This document shows, one piece after another, positions 8,656 through 16,510 of a stretch of DNA of 64,000 nt. Every line of letters begins with the position of its first letter. The first letter of the stretch is position 1. Under the pieces are notes generated by a model. That model saw only the letters and a program-made list of their open reading frames with translations, had not been told where the DNA came from and searched no databases. Origin of the DNA: Thermoanaerobaculia bacterium (GTDB taxonomy: Bacteria > Acidobacteriota > Thermoanaerobaculia > Multivoradales > Multivoraceae); NCBI GenBank assembly GCA_022826745.1, contig JAJDUI010000006.1:71015-135014 (forward strand). The letters run 5' to 3'. The translations under genes were made by a program, and so were the position numbers.

Positions 8656-9245
8656 TTCCCGACCCGGCTCGAGACAGGGAAGAACTCCAGTTCCCCGGTG
8701 TAGGTGACGAGTTGTTCGCCGAGAGCGTCGGGATCCTGCCGCGGCCCGTCCAGCCAGTGCTCGTATGGCGGTTGGGCGATCACCGGCATCCGGTCGTGGA
8801 TCGCTGCGATCGCCTCGCTCGCGGCGCAGGTGAGGATCGTGCAGGCGAGACCGTCGGGCGTGCGGTTCCAGACGCCGGCGAAGCCGAAGGGACCGCCGCC
8901 CGGCATCCGGATGTAGTGGGGAAGGCGAGAACCGTCTGGCTGGGGCTGCCATTCGTACCAACCGTCGGCGACGACGAGGCAGCGGCGGCGGCTCAGTAGG
9001 TTGCGAAACTTGGGCGCTTCGACCGCGGTGTCTTCCCGGAGGTTGATTTGGGGGCCGCCGCGCTTCCGCGGGAAGCCCCACCGCATCGTGCCCAGGGCGC
9101 GCCGGCCTTCGCGGTTCACCGCGACGACGGGAACGTCCTGGGTCGGCGCGATGTTGTAGCGGGGTTCCAGGTCCGGCAACTCATCGAGCTCGAAGTGCGC
9201 GCCGACGGATCGGGCCTTCGAGCGAAGTGTGTACCGGCCGCACAT
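8616..9245 (-). CDS. SOS-response-associated peptidase (SRAP/YedK family, DUF159), implicated in abasic-site DNA-protein crosslinking.
   Basis: It starts MCGRYTL, the catalytic Cys2 signature of SRAP. The track ORF was trimmed to this ATG at 9245. Its 3' end overlaps the convergent RND pump gene by about 40 nt. Confidence 0.85.
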   Translation of the reverse strand: MCGRYTLRSKARSVGAHFELDELPDLEPRYNIAPTQDVPVVAVNREGRRALGTMRWGFPRKRGGPQINLREDTAVEAPKFRNLLSRRRCLVVADGWYEWQPQPDGSRLPHYIRMPGGGPFGFAGVWNRTPDGLACTILTCAASEAIAAIHDRMPVIAQPPYEHWLDGPRQDPDALGEQLVTYTGELEFFPVSSRVGNYRNDDSSLVDPV

Positions 9246-9346
9246 GGTACTGAGATGATACGGACCAAAGCTCTGTGCGGTGCGTATAGCAGTATGGCCG
9301 GATCGCCGAGGCCGAGCCTGCGACACCAGACACGGGAGACTTCCAG

Positions 9347-10762
9347 ATGATCAGACGATTCAGCGTTTTCTGCTTCGGATTCCTGACGGTGTCCGCGGTC
9401 TGCTTCCCGGTTCAGGATGTTCCGGCGATTCCCACTGACGCCGAGATTCGCCAGGTCCTCGCGGAGCGGATCGACGAACAGAAGCGGAGCGTCGGCATCG
9501 TGGTCGGCGTTGTCGGGCCGGAGGGGCGGCGCGTGGTGGGCTATGGCAGCCTCGCCGCCGACGACCCGGCAACACCGGACGGCGACGCGGTTTACGAGAT
9601 CGGCTCGATCACGAAGGCGTTCACCGCGATCCTGCTGGCGGACCTGGTGGAGGAGGGAGCGGTCGAACTGGAGATGCCGGTGCAGCGTCTGCTGGGGCCG
9701 GACGTCACCGTGCCGACCCGGAACGGCGCCGAGATCACGTTGCTGCACCTGACGACACACAGCTCGGGACTGCCGCGCATGCCGGACAACTTTCGGCCGG
9801 CCGATGCGGGGAACCCGTATGCCGACTACACGGTTGCCCAGCTCTACGAGTTCCTTTCGTCGCACGAACTGCAGCGGGACATCGGCGCGGAGGTCGAGTA
9901 CTCGAATCTCGGCACCGGCCTTCTCGGACACGCGCTGGCCGTGAGCCAGGAGACGGACTACGAGACCCTGGTTTCCGAGCGGCTGCTCGAGCCTCTCGCG
10001 ATGGCTGACACCTCGGTCACGCTGTCGTCGTCCCAGCAGGAGCGGTTGGCCACTGGCCACAGCGTCCAGCTCCGGCCCGTCGCGAACTGGGATCTGCCCA
10101 CGCTGGCCGGGGCCGGTGCGTTGCGCTCGACGGTGAACGACATGCTGACCTTCGTGGAGGCGAATCTCGGTTTGCGCGAGTCGCCACTGCAGGTCGCGAT
10201 GGCGGCAACGCACGCTCCGCGCCGGGACTTTCCAGGCCCGAACATGCGGATCGGACTCGGCTGGGTCATTCGCGGCGGCCACGGCCGTGAACTCCACTGG
10301 CACAACGGCGGCACCGGCGGCTACCGCTCTTTTCTCGGCTTCGATCTCGAATCGAAGACGGGCGTCGTCGTGCTCTCGAACTCGACCGACAGCGTCGACG
10401 ACCTGGGCTTCCATCTGCTGGATTCGCGTTATCCGCTGGTCATCCCGCCGGCGATACGTACGGCGGTCGAAGTCGATCCGGCGGTCTTCGACGATTACGT
10501 CGGTCGTTATCAGCTCATGGAGAACGTGGTCTTCACCGTGACCAGAGAGGACGACGGGCTGTTCGTGCACATCACCGGGCAACCGCGGTTCCAGGTGTTC
10601 CCCGAGTCGGAGGCGAAGTACTTCTACCGCGTGGTCGACGCGCAGATCACATTCGGACGTGCGGAGGATGGTTCCGTCGACCATCTGGTGCTTCACCAGG
10701 GCGGTCGCGATCAGCGGGCGGAACGGATGGAGGATGCCGGTTCGGGGGGTGTCGATCAGTAG
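9347..10762 (+). CDS. Serine hydrolase of the beta-lactamase/transpeptidase-like family (class C beta-lactamase / PBP-like) with a signal peptide.
   Basis: The SITK (S-x-x-K) active-site motif is present, as are a signal peptide MIRRFSVFCFGFLTVSAV and an extra C-terminal domain of about 100 aa. Confidence 0.85.
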   Translation: MIRRFSVFCFGFLTVSAVCFPVQDVPAIPTDAEIRQVLAERIDEQKRSVGIVVGVVGPEGRRVVGYGSLAADDPATPDGDAVYEIGSITKAFTAILLADLVEEGAVELEMPVQRLLGPDVTVPTRNGAEITLLHLTTHSSGLPRMPDNFRPADAGNPYADYTVAQLYEFLSSHELQRDIGAEVEYSNLGTGLLGHALAVSQETDYETLVSERLLEPLAMADTSVTLSSSQQERLATGHSVQLRPVANWDLPTLAGAGALRSTVNDMLTFVEANLGLRESPLQVAMAATHAPRRDFPGPNMRIGLGWVIRGGHGRELHWHNGGTGGYRSFLGFDLESKTGVVVLSNSTDSVDDLGFHLLDSRYPLVIPPAIRTAVEVDPAVFDDYVGRYQLMENVVFTVTREDDGLFVHITGQPRFQVFPESEAKYFYRVVDAQITFGRAEDGSVDHLVLHQGGRDQRAERMEDAGSGGVDQ

Positions 10763-11688
10763 GCGACCACCGCTTCGACGATCAGCTCCCTGACCGCCTC
10801 GACATCGGTGCCCCATACGACGTCGCTAGTCGGAGGGCGAGGTTGGTCCAGCGCTCTGCCGAGGGCGGCGGGTCGCAGGTCGGCGACCGTCATGCCGCGC
10901 GTATGAGCTCCGCTCAGCTCCACCGCGATCGGATGGCGGGACTTCTCGAACAGTTGCGGGTGCGTCGCGGCGATGACGGCCGTTGCGTCGTGCACCGGAA
11001 CGGTGGAGTGACCGAGATACTCCCGGAAACGGTCGAGCAGGTACTCGACGACGTTCGCTGCGAGTTCGGTCGCCGGCGTCGCGGTCGCCCGCATCCGGGC
11101 GATGTCGCCGTCGCCGAAGACGACCCTGTTCGTGACATCAAGGCCGACCATCGTCACCGGCGCGGCCTTCTCGAAGACGACCGCGGCCGCCTCAGGATCT
11201 GCCCAGATGTTGAACTCGGCGACTGGAGTGATGTTGCCGATGTGCGCGCCGCCGCCCATGATGGTCAGGCCGGCCAGATGCCGGCGGAGGTCGGGATCGC
11301 GCTGGAGCGCGAGCGCGACGTTCGTCAACGGGCCGATCGCGAGCAGGTGCAGATCGTCGACGGAACGGGCGGTGTCGCAGATGTAGGCGACGGCATCGTC
11401 CGACGCTTCGGACCACGTGAGGTCCGGTAGAACCGAGTTGCCCAGGCCGGTTTGACCGTGGATGCGGCTGCCGTCGACGGCAGCGCCTGCCAGAGGCCGC
11501 GCCGCGCCCCGGTGGATCGGCACGTCCACGCCGGCCACCTGCGCGACGACCAGCGCGTTGCGTGTCGTCCGGTTGATCCCGACGTTGCCGGCGACGGTCG
11601 TGATCCCGATCAGGTCGGCGTAGTGCGCCGCCACCAGAATCGCGACAGCGTCATCGAGTCCGGGATCGCAGTCGAGGACGAGCTTCAC
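10756..11688 (-). CDS. Nucleoside hydrolase (IU-NH family).
   Basis: The DCDPGLDDAVAI N-terminal Asp cluster fingerprint is present. A GTG start at 11688 gives MKLVLDCDPG..., since the track ORF's longer N-terminus would overlap the upstream gene. It ends 5 nt downstream of the PQQ-ADH stop. Confidence 0.85.
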   Translation of the reverse strand: MKLVLDCDPGLDDAVAILVAAHYADLIGITTVAGNVGINRTTRNALVVAQVAGVDVPIHRGAARPLAGAAVDGSRIHGQTGLGNSVLPDLTWSEASDDAVAYICDTARSVDDLHLLAIGPLTNVALALQRDPDLRRHLAGLTIMGGGAHIGNITPVAEFNIWADPEAAAVVFEKAAPVTMVGLDVTNRVVFGDGDIARMRATATPATELAANVVEYLLDRFREYLGHSTVPVHDATAVIAATHPQLFEKSRHPIAVELSGAHTRGMTVADLRPAALGRALDQPRPPTSDVVWGTDVEAVRELIVEAVVAY

Positions 11689-11693
11689 CTGCG

Positions 11694-13811
11694 TTACTGC
11701 GCGTCCCGCAACTCCATCGCCTTGGAGATGACGAACTGGTGGATCGCGGTCGTCGCCTCTTCGTCGAAGAGCTCGGCGTAGCCGGGCATGCCGAGCGGCA
11801 GCAGGCCGTCCTGGACGATGGGCATGAAGTCGTCGTGGACTTCGGGAGACATGCGCCGCAGGTCGGGCGAGGCGGCGGCGACGATCGAGGTCTGGCCGAG
11901 GCCGCGGTGGCAGAGCGCGCAATGCTCGTGGTAGAGCGTGTTGCCGAGTTCGATCGTCTGCTGGTCGGCGGTCAAGGCCGGTAGCTCGGGGATCGAGTAG
12001 TCGCGCTCCGGCGGTACGTCCAGCGTCGCCTCTCCGTCGAGCGAGAAGACGAGCAGCTCGCCGGGCCGGTCGTAGCGGGTGCTGCCGCCGACCATCGTGG
12101 CGACGTACTGTGTGCCGCCCTCCGTGTAGGTGATGATGGACGAGGAGAACGAGCCGTAGGCGTCGAACTCCCAGATCTTCTCGCCCGTGTCCTTGTCGTA
12201 GGCGTTGAAGTCGCCTCCGCCGCCGCAGTGGAACAGGACGCCGGTCGTTGTGGCCAGCACGCCGCCGTTGAAGGCGGAGGAAAGCCGGTTCTCCCAGATC
12301 TTCTCGCCCGAGAGGGGGTCGAAGGCGACGAGGAAGCCCCGGTCCTCCGGGCGGGGGCCGGCCTCATCCTGGAGCTTCTGGCGGTAGGCGCCGGAGGCGA
12401 CGCCCAGGCTGAGGCCCCACGGTCGGATCGTGTAGGTGCCGGTCTTCTCGAACTCCTCGGGCAGGGCGTAGAAGTTCGCGTAGTCGTGGTAGTAGAAGTA
12501 CATGACGCCCCGCGCCTCGTCCCAGGACATCGGCTCCCAGTTGTGGGCGCCGGCGTTCGCGGGCGTGATCCACTGAGGCTTCTCCTCGAAGACCACGTCG
12601 GGATTCTCGATTGGCCGCCCGGTTTCCATGTCGACGTGGGTGGCCCAGTCGATCCTGTCGGTGTAGGGGTGGGCGCGCAGCAGTTCGCCGGTCTCGCGGT
12701 CGATCACGTAGAAGAAGCCGTTCTTCGGCGCTTGCAGCAGGACCTTGCGCTCGACGCCGTCGACGGTCATTTCGCCGAGAGCGATGTCCATCGCCGAGCT
12801 GTAGTCCCAGTTGTCGCCGGGAACCGTCTGGTAGTACCACTTCATCTCGGCGGTGTCGGCGTCGACGGCGACGATCGCGGTCAGGAAGAGGTCGTCGCCG
12901 CCGCCCGGTGAACGGACCTGGCGGGACCAGGGGGCGCCGTTGCCGACGCCGATGTAGAGCAGGTTCAGTTCCTCGTCGTAAACGAGCGAGTTCCAGGCGG
13001 TGCCGCCGCCGCCCATCTTCCACCACTCCCCGCCCCAGGTCCTGGCCGCCATCTCCATCTCGGGGTGCTCGAACGGCTTCGACGGGTCGCCCGGTACCAG
13101 GTAGAAGCGCCAGGCGAGCTCACCGGTCTCGGCGTCGTAGGCGGAGACGTAGCCGCGGCGCTTGCCGCTCTCGGAGCTTCCCTGGCCGATGAACACCTTG
13201 CCCCCGGCGGCGCGCGGCGCGCCGGTGATGTTGAAGCGGCCGAGCGCGGACGGGTGCCAGGTGTCGACGTCCCAGACCTCCTCGCCGGTCGCGGCGTCAA
13301 CCGCCACCAGCCGGCCGTCGAACAGGGCGACGTAGACCTTCCCCCTGTAGACCGCGACGCCCCGGTTCGCGACGCCGCCGCAGCAGGAGTACTTGACATA
13401 GGTGCGGTCCGTCTGCGGGTCGTGGGTCCAGATTTCCTCGCCGGTCGCGGGGTCCAGCGCGTAGATCACGCCCCAGCCGTTCGTCGCGTACATCACTCCG
13501 TCGACGATGAGCGGCGTGCCTTGCATCCGCTCCGACGGACCGCCGATCGGCCTGGACCAGGCGAGCTTCAGGTCCGCGACGTTTTCTCGCGTGATCTGGT
13601 CGAGGGTGGAGAAGCGCTGCTCCTTGTAGGTCTGGCCGTAGGTCAGCCAACTGCCGGGTTCGTCCTCGGCCGCGCGGATGATCCGCTCGTCGTCGACGTT
13701 GCCGGCGGTGGGTGCTGCCGCGGGCGAATCGCCGCCACAGGCGGCCGTCAGCAGGAGAAGGAGGAGGGAGGCGCAGGCTGCCCAGCGGGACGCGGCGGTC
13801 GGTTCGCTCAT
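11694..13811 (-). CDS. PQQ-dependent alcohol dehydrogenase, quinohaemoprotein type (type II ADH with a C-terminal cytochrome c domain); lipoprotein-type signal.
   Basis: W-rich beta-propeller repeats are present, with a vicinal Cys-Cys (SCCGG), GDNWDYS around the catalytic Asp, and a C-terminal CALCH haem-binding motif. The start was trimmed to ATG 13811 (MSEPTAASRWAACASLLLLLLTAACGG). Confidence 0.9.
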   Translation of the reverse strand: MSEPTAASRWAACASLLLLLLTAACGGDSPAAAPTAGNVDDERIIRAAEDEPGSWLTYGQTYKEQRFSTLDQITRENVADLKLAWSRPIGGPSERMQGTPLIVDGVMYATNGWGVIYALDPATGEEIWTHDPQTDRTYVKYSCCGGVANRGVAVYRGKVYVALFDGRLVAVDAATGEEVWDVDTWHPSALGRFNITGAPRAAGGKVFIGQGSSESGKRRGYVSAYDAETGELAWRFYLVPGDPSKPFEHPEMEMAARTWGGEWWKMGGGGTAWNSLVYDEELNLLYIGVGNGAPWSRQVRSPGGGDDLFLTAIVAVDADTAEMKWYYQTVPGDNWDYSSAMDIALGEMTVDGVERKVLLQAPKNGFFYVIDRETGELLRAHPYTDRIDWATHVDMETGRPIENPDVVFEEKPQWITPANAGAHNWEPMSWDEARGVMYFYYHDYANFYALPEEFEKTGTYTIRPWGLSLGVASGAYRQKLQDEAGPRPEDRGFLVAFDPLSGEKIWENRLSSAFNGGVLATTTGVLFHCGGGGDFNAYDKDTGEKIWEFDAYGSFSSSIITYTEGGTQYVATMVGGSTRYDRPGELLVFSLDGEATLDVPPERDYSIPELPALTADQQTIELGNTLYHEHCALCHRGLGQTSIVAAASPDLRRMSPEVHDDFMPIVQDGLLPLGMPGYAELFDEEATTAIHQFVISKAMELRDAQ

Positions 13812-13873
13812 CTTGAAGATCCTCGGAGGTTCGCCCGGCAACCTAAGCGCCTGAGGGCGGTGTGTCAACGGTG
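13806..13873 (+). repeat. Left copy of an imperfect roughly 65-bp direct repeat flanking the RelE/ParE toxin-antitoxin cassette. It contains the RBS/leader of the PQQ-ADH gene.
   Basis: The sequences cat-cttgaagatcctc...taagcgcctgag...(g)tcaacggtg here and cat-tgaagatcctc...taagcgcctgagcgcctgag...tacaacgtgac at 14393..14462 share 12-15-nt exact blocks in the same order. Confidence 0.5.
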
Positions 13874-13908
13874 CAGCGAGACGGCGACGTACGAGCTTGC
13901 CGAGGGCG

Positions 13909-14175
13909 TCAGTACGCGTCGCCACGAGGGAGGATCGCGTAGGCATGGAGCACCATGGCTTCCTGGTCGGGCCTCAGAAGGATCCGCCAACTGCCCACCC
14001 GTACGCGATAGCGGCCCGCGAGCGTACCCGTCAGAGGACGCACACGCGGGTGCGCCAGTGGCCGTTCGGAGTGCTCGATCTCGCGGAGGCTCTCCCTGAT
14101 TCGGCGCCGGGTCGTTCGGTCGAGCCTCAAGTAGCGCTTGTGCGCTGCCGGCTTGACCTCAATCCTCCAACTCAT
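13909..14175 (-). CDS. Type II toxin of the RelE/ParE family.
   Basis: The 88-aa protein carries a ParE/RelE-like C-terminal signature (...GSWRILLRPDQEAMVLHAYAILPRGDAY). It overlaps the upstream antitoxin gene by 17 nt. Its GC content is visibly lower than the surrounding DNA. Confidence 0.8.
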   Translation of the reverse strand: MSWRIEVKPAAHKRYLRLDRTTRRRIRESLREIEHSERPLAHPRVRPLTGTLAGRYRVRVGSWRILLRPDQEAMVLHAYAILPRGDAY

Positions 14176-14398
14176 CGAGCCTCTTGCCCGGGACGCCGGA
14201 GTCCACTTCGGCTTCTCCCTGGGCGATGGCCTCGACCCACTCGGGACGGGAGAGAAGGTCGAGGGTCTCCTTGTGACGCTCGATGTACTCGTCGATCAGG
14301 TCGGAGAGGATCACCTTCATCTCCTTCTTCTCGATACTGGCAATGACTCTCAGAACGTCTCGTTTCTCGGCTGGAATTCGCACTGTTGCCGTGGCCAT
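14159..14398 (-). CDS. Type II antitoxin (ParD/RelB-like, ribbon-helix-helix-type) partnered with the RelE/ParE toxin.
   Basis: A 79-aa acidic protein sits upstream of and overlapping the toxin in classic toxin-antitoxin gene order. Confidence 0.7.
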   Translation of the reverse strand: MATATVRIPAEKRDVLRVIASIEKKEMKVILSDLIDEYIERHKETLDLLSRPEWVEAIAQGEAEVDSGVPGKRLDELED

Positions 14399-14462
14399 TG
14401 AAGATCCTCCATGCGGTTCACTAGTAGCTTAAGCGCCTGAGCGCCTGAGTACAACGTGACCC
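14393..14462 (+). repeat. Right copy of the imperfect direct repeat flanking the toxin-antitoxin cassette. It contains the RBS/leader of the antitoxin gene.
   Basis: The same GGAGGATCTTCAA-ATG leader and taagcgcctgag block occur at 13806..13873. Confidence 0.5.
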
Positions 14463-14481
14463 GCGTGGGCCGTGCGATCGG

Positions 14482-15273
14482 CTACTGACCGTCGCCGCCC
14501 TTGATCAGCGCCTTGTCGACCTCGTAGTGGTCGGCCTCGGTGAGGTTCCGTTTCATCGGGTCGATCCGCTGGCGGGTGGCCTGAACGCCAGGGTCGGGTT
14601 CCGGGTCGGTCAGGCTGCTTGCCAGGAACAGGTAGGCCTCTTCGGTCCGGGGACCCAGCGTGCCACCGACGTGGTCGGCGCCGTAGTAGAGGCGGTACTC
14701 GTGGCGGATCTTCTGATCCCAGAGCACCTGGTGCATGAACTCGGTACCCTCATAGAGCCAGAATGCGTCCTCGTCTCCCGCTTCCAGGAAGATCCTGATG
14801 CCGGATTCGCGGATCGCGTCGGCCCTGGTCTGGGCGATCGTCGCCGGGTTGTTCGCGTTCCAGTACTCGCGGTCGACGGGGCTGCCGTAGATCGTCTCCA
14901 TCAGGGCGTCGCCCCGCCAGAAGCGGTGCTTGGGACGCATGTCGGCCCAGTCGTCGATCGGCGAGATGCCGGGTTCCATCGACGCGACGGCGCCGAAGGT
15001 CTCGGGATACTTGAACGCCAGCCGGAGCGAGCCCATGCCTCCCATCGAGATGCCGGTGACGAGGGTGCCGCGGCGATCCGTGCGGACGTTGAAGGTCTCC
15101 CGCAGGTGGGCGAGGAACGGGCCGACCAGGAACGACTCCCACTTCTCGGAGCCGTCCCTGAAGTCCATGTAGAAGCAGCGGGGAGTGACGCTGGGGGTGA
15201 CGATCACCATCGGCGGCAGCGTGCCGGCCTCCCACATGCTGGTGAAGATCGGCCGCTGGCGCACGCCCAGCAC
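14482..15273 (-). CDS. Esterase-family protein (putative esterase / S-formylglutathione-hydrolase-like), apparently lacking the usual N-terminal roughly 60 aa.
   Basis: The GISMGG nucleophile-elbow motif and an LPPMVIVTPS...FYMDF esterase-family segment are present. The conserved PV(I/L)YLLHG N-terminal block is absent, and there is only about 50 nt to the upstream gene. Confidence 0.6.
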   Translation of the reverse strand: MLGVRQRPIFTSMWEAGTLPPMVIVTPSVTPRCFYMDFRDGSEKWESFLVGPFLAHLRETFNVRTDRRGTLVTGISMGGMGSLRLAFKYPETFGAVASMEPGISPIDDWADMRPKHRFWRGDALMETIYGSPVDREYWNANNPATIAQTRADAIRESGIRIFLEAGDEDAFWLYEGTEFMHQVLWDQKIRHEYRLYYGADHVGGTLGPRTEEAYLFLASSLTDPEPDPGVQATRQRIDPMKRNLTEADHYEVDKALIKGGDGQ

Positions 15274-15324
15274 GTCGCGGCTGCCTCCTTGTCCGCAACT
15301 TGACCTGTCGACCGGATCAGCTCC

Positions 15325-16227
15325 CTACTGCCACAACGGGCTCGCTGCCTTCATCGTGCGGATCATCATCAGCATGCGGGCGCGGTCCGCGCCCCCGGAC
15401 GGCTCGGAAACCGTGCTCTCGTACCAGAAGTACTCGGTCTTCGGCGTCTCGCCGACCGCGACGACCCGCCCGCGCACTTCGTAGTCGTGTCCGACGAAGC
15501 AGGGCCCCGCAAGGTGTTCGATCTCGATCGCGCCGTAGAGGCCGACGCCGAGGTTCGGCCAGTCGGCGAGCAGCGTTCGCTGGTAGCGCGTCAGCAGGCG
15601 GACGACCAGGCTCGGGGGCAGGACGGCTTCGCCGTAGCGCTCCGCGGATTCGTAGTGATCGATCGGCTCGACGATGACCGCGAGGCGATCGTCGAGCGCC
15701 GCCTGTTCGACACGGGCGGGGATGCCGTCGAGTTCACGGCCGGTGCCCAGGGACTCGAAGATGCGGAGGTCGGTAGGTTGCGGCATGGTCTCGACCCGCT
15801 GTTCCAGGGGTGTCTTGTCCGCGGTCGAAGCGACCCAGGCAGTGCCTTCGGCGACCCGGCGACCGTCCTCCACGTCCATCCAGACCGGGATCTGCTCGCC
15901 GGCTTGTCCGTTGCCCGGCCGGCGGCCGAAGCACTGAACACCCTCGCCGTCGGTGGTCGCGTACCTGAAGTAGAGCGAGAGGCCGCCCGTGCGCCACCAG
16001 TCCTCGCCGAGCGCCTCGACCAGGAGCGGCGGGAACTGCTCCATGTGAAGCGATCCGGCGACCGTGCCGCCGCGCAGGCCGAGCTTCCGCGCCGTGGTGT
16101 CCTCGTGAATCGAGCCGGGGATCGACTGCTCCAGATTGCGGGGATGGCGGAGCGGGCCGGCGATCACGCCGTCGGCGAGCGGCGACGGTCGGAATGATGT
16201 GTGTTCGGGGACCTGTACGTCTGCCAT
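15325..16227 (-). CDS. MaoC-like dehydratase / double hotdog-fold protein.
   Basis: GSIHEDTTARKLGLRGGTVAGSLHM matches the MaoC hotdog motif (NPIHxD...AxxxGF...IAHGM), and there is a second hotdog-like half. The start was trimmed to ATG 16227, which is preceded by GGAAGGAG. Confidence 0.5.
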   Translation of the reverse strand: MADVQVPEHTSFRPSPLADGVIAGPLRHPRNLEQSIPGSIHEDTTARKLGLRGGTVAGSLHMEQFPPLLVEALGEDWWRTGGLSLYFRYATTDGEGVQCFGRRPGNGQAGEQIPVWMDVEDGRRVAEGTAWVASTADKTPLEQRVETMPQPTDLRIFESLGTGRELDGIPARVEQAALDDRLAVIVEPIDHYESAERYGEAVLPPSLVVRLLTRYQRTLLADWPNLGVGLYGAIEIEHLAGPCFVGHDYEVRGRVVAVGETPKTEYFWYESTVSEPSGGADRARMLMMIRTMKAASPLWQ

Positions 16228-16316
16228 TCCGGCTCCTTCCTGGGGACTGCGGCCGTGTTTGCGAGTTGGTGTGGCCACGCGGTCAGTCTAGTGCCTGGCA
16301 ACATGCGGAGTCGGGT

Positions 16317-16496
16317 CTAGTTCCAAGGGAGTGTGCGCAGGCGCGGCGCGAGTTCCGCCGGGAGCGGTTGCCAGCGCGCCGGATCGAAGCCGGGGCCCAC
16401 CAGGATCGCTTCCTGAGCGGCCGCGACGGCGACCAGCGAGAGCAACACGAACGCTGTTGCGGAGAGTGTGCCGGCGGATGAGGGACTTGACGCCAT
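16317..16496 (-). CDS. Possible small (59 aa) hydrophobic protein encoded 14 nt downstream of the DUF3604 gene.
   Basis: An ATG-initiated ORF begins MASSPSSAGTLSATAFVLLSLVAVAAAQEA..., consistent with a signal peptide or single TM. It occupies the C-terminal tail of the otherwise spurious track ORF 16317..18398. Confidence 0.2.
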   Translation of the reverse strand: MASSPSSAGTLSATAFVLLSLVAVAAAQEAILVGPGFDPARWQPLPAELAPRLRTLPWN

Positions 16497-16510
16497 CGCC
16501 GGCAAGACGA

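Noticed and set aside
423-9081. Long ORFs in the track such as 423..1181(-), 944..2521(+), 1647..2558(-), 2491..3852(-), 3897..5663(-), 5541..6344(+), 6262..9081(-) and 6585..7715(+).
   Set aside because: These are Arg/Pro/Gly/Ala-rich translations of alternative frames or antisense strands of real genes in 70% GC DNA, with no domain-like sequence. The exception is the C-terminal 121 codons of 944..2521, which I called as a separate small gene.
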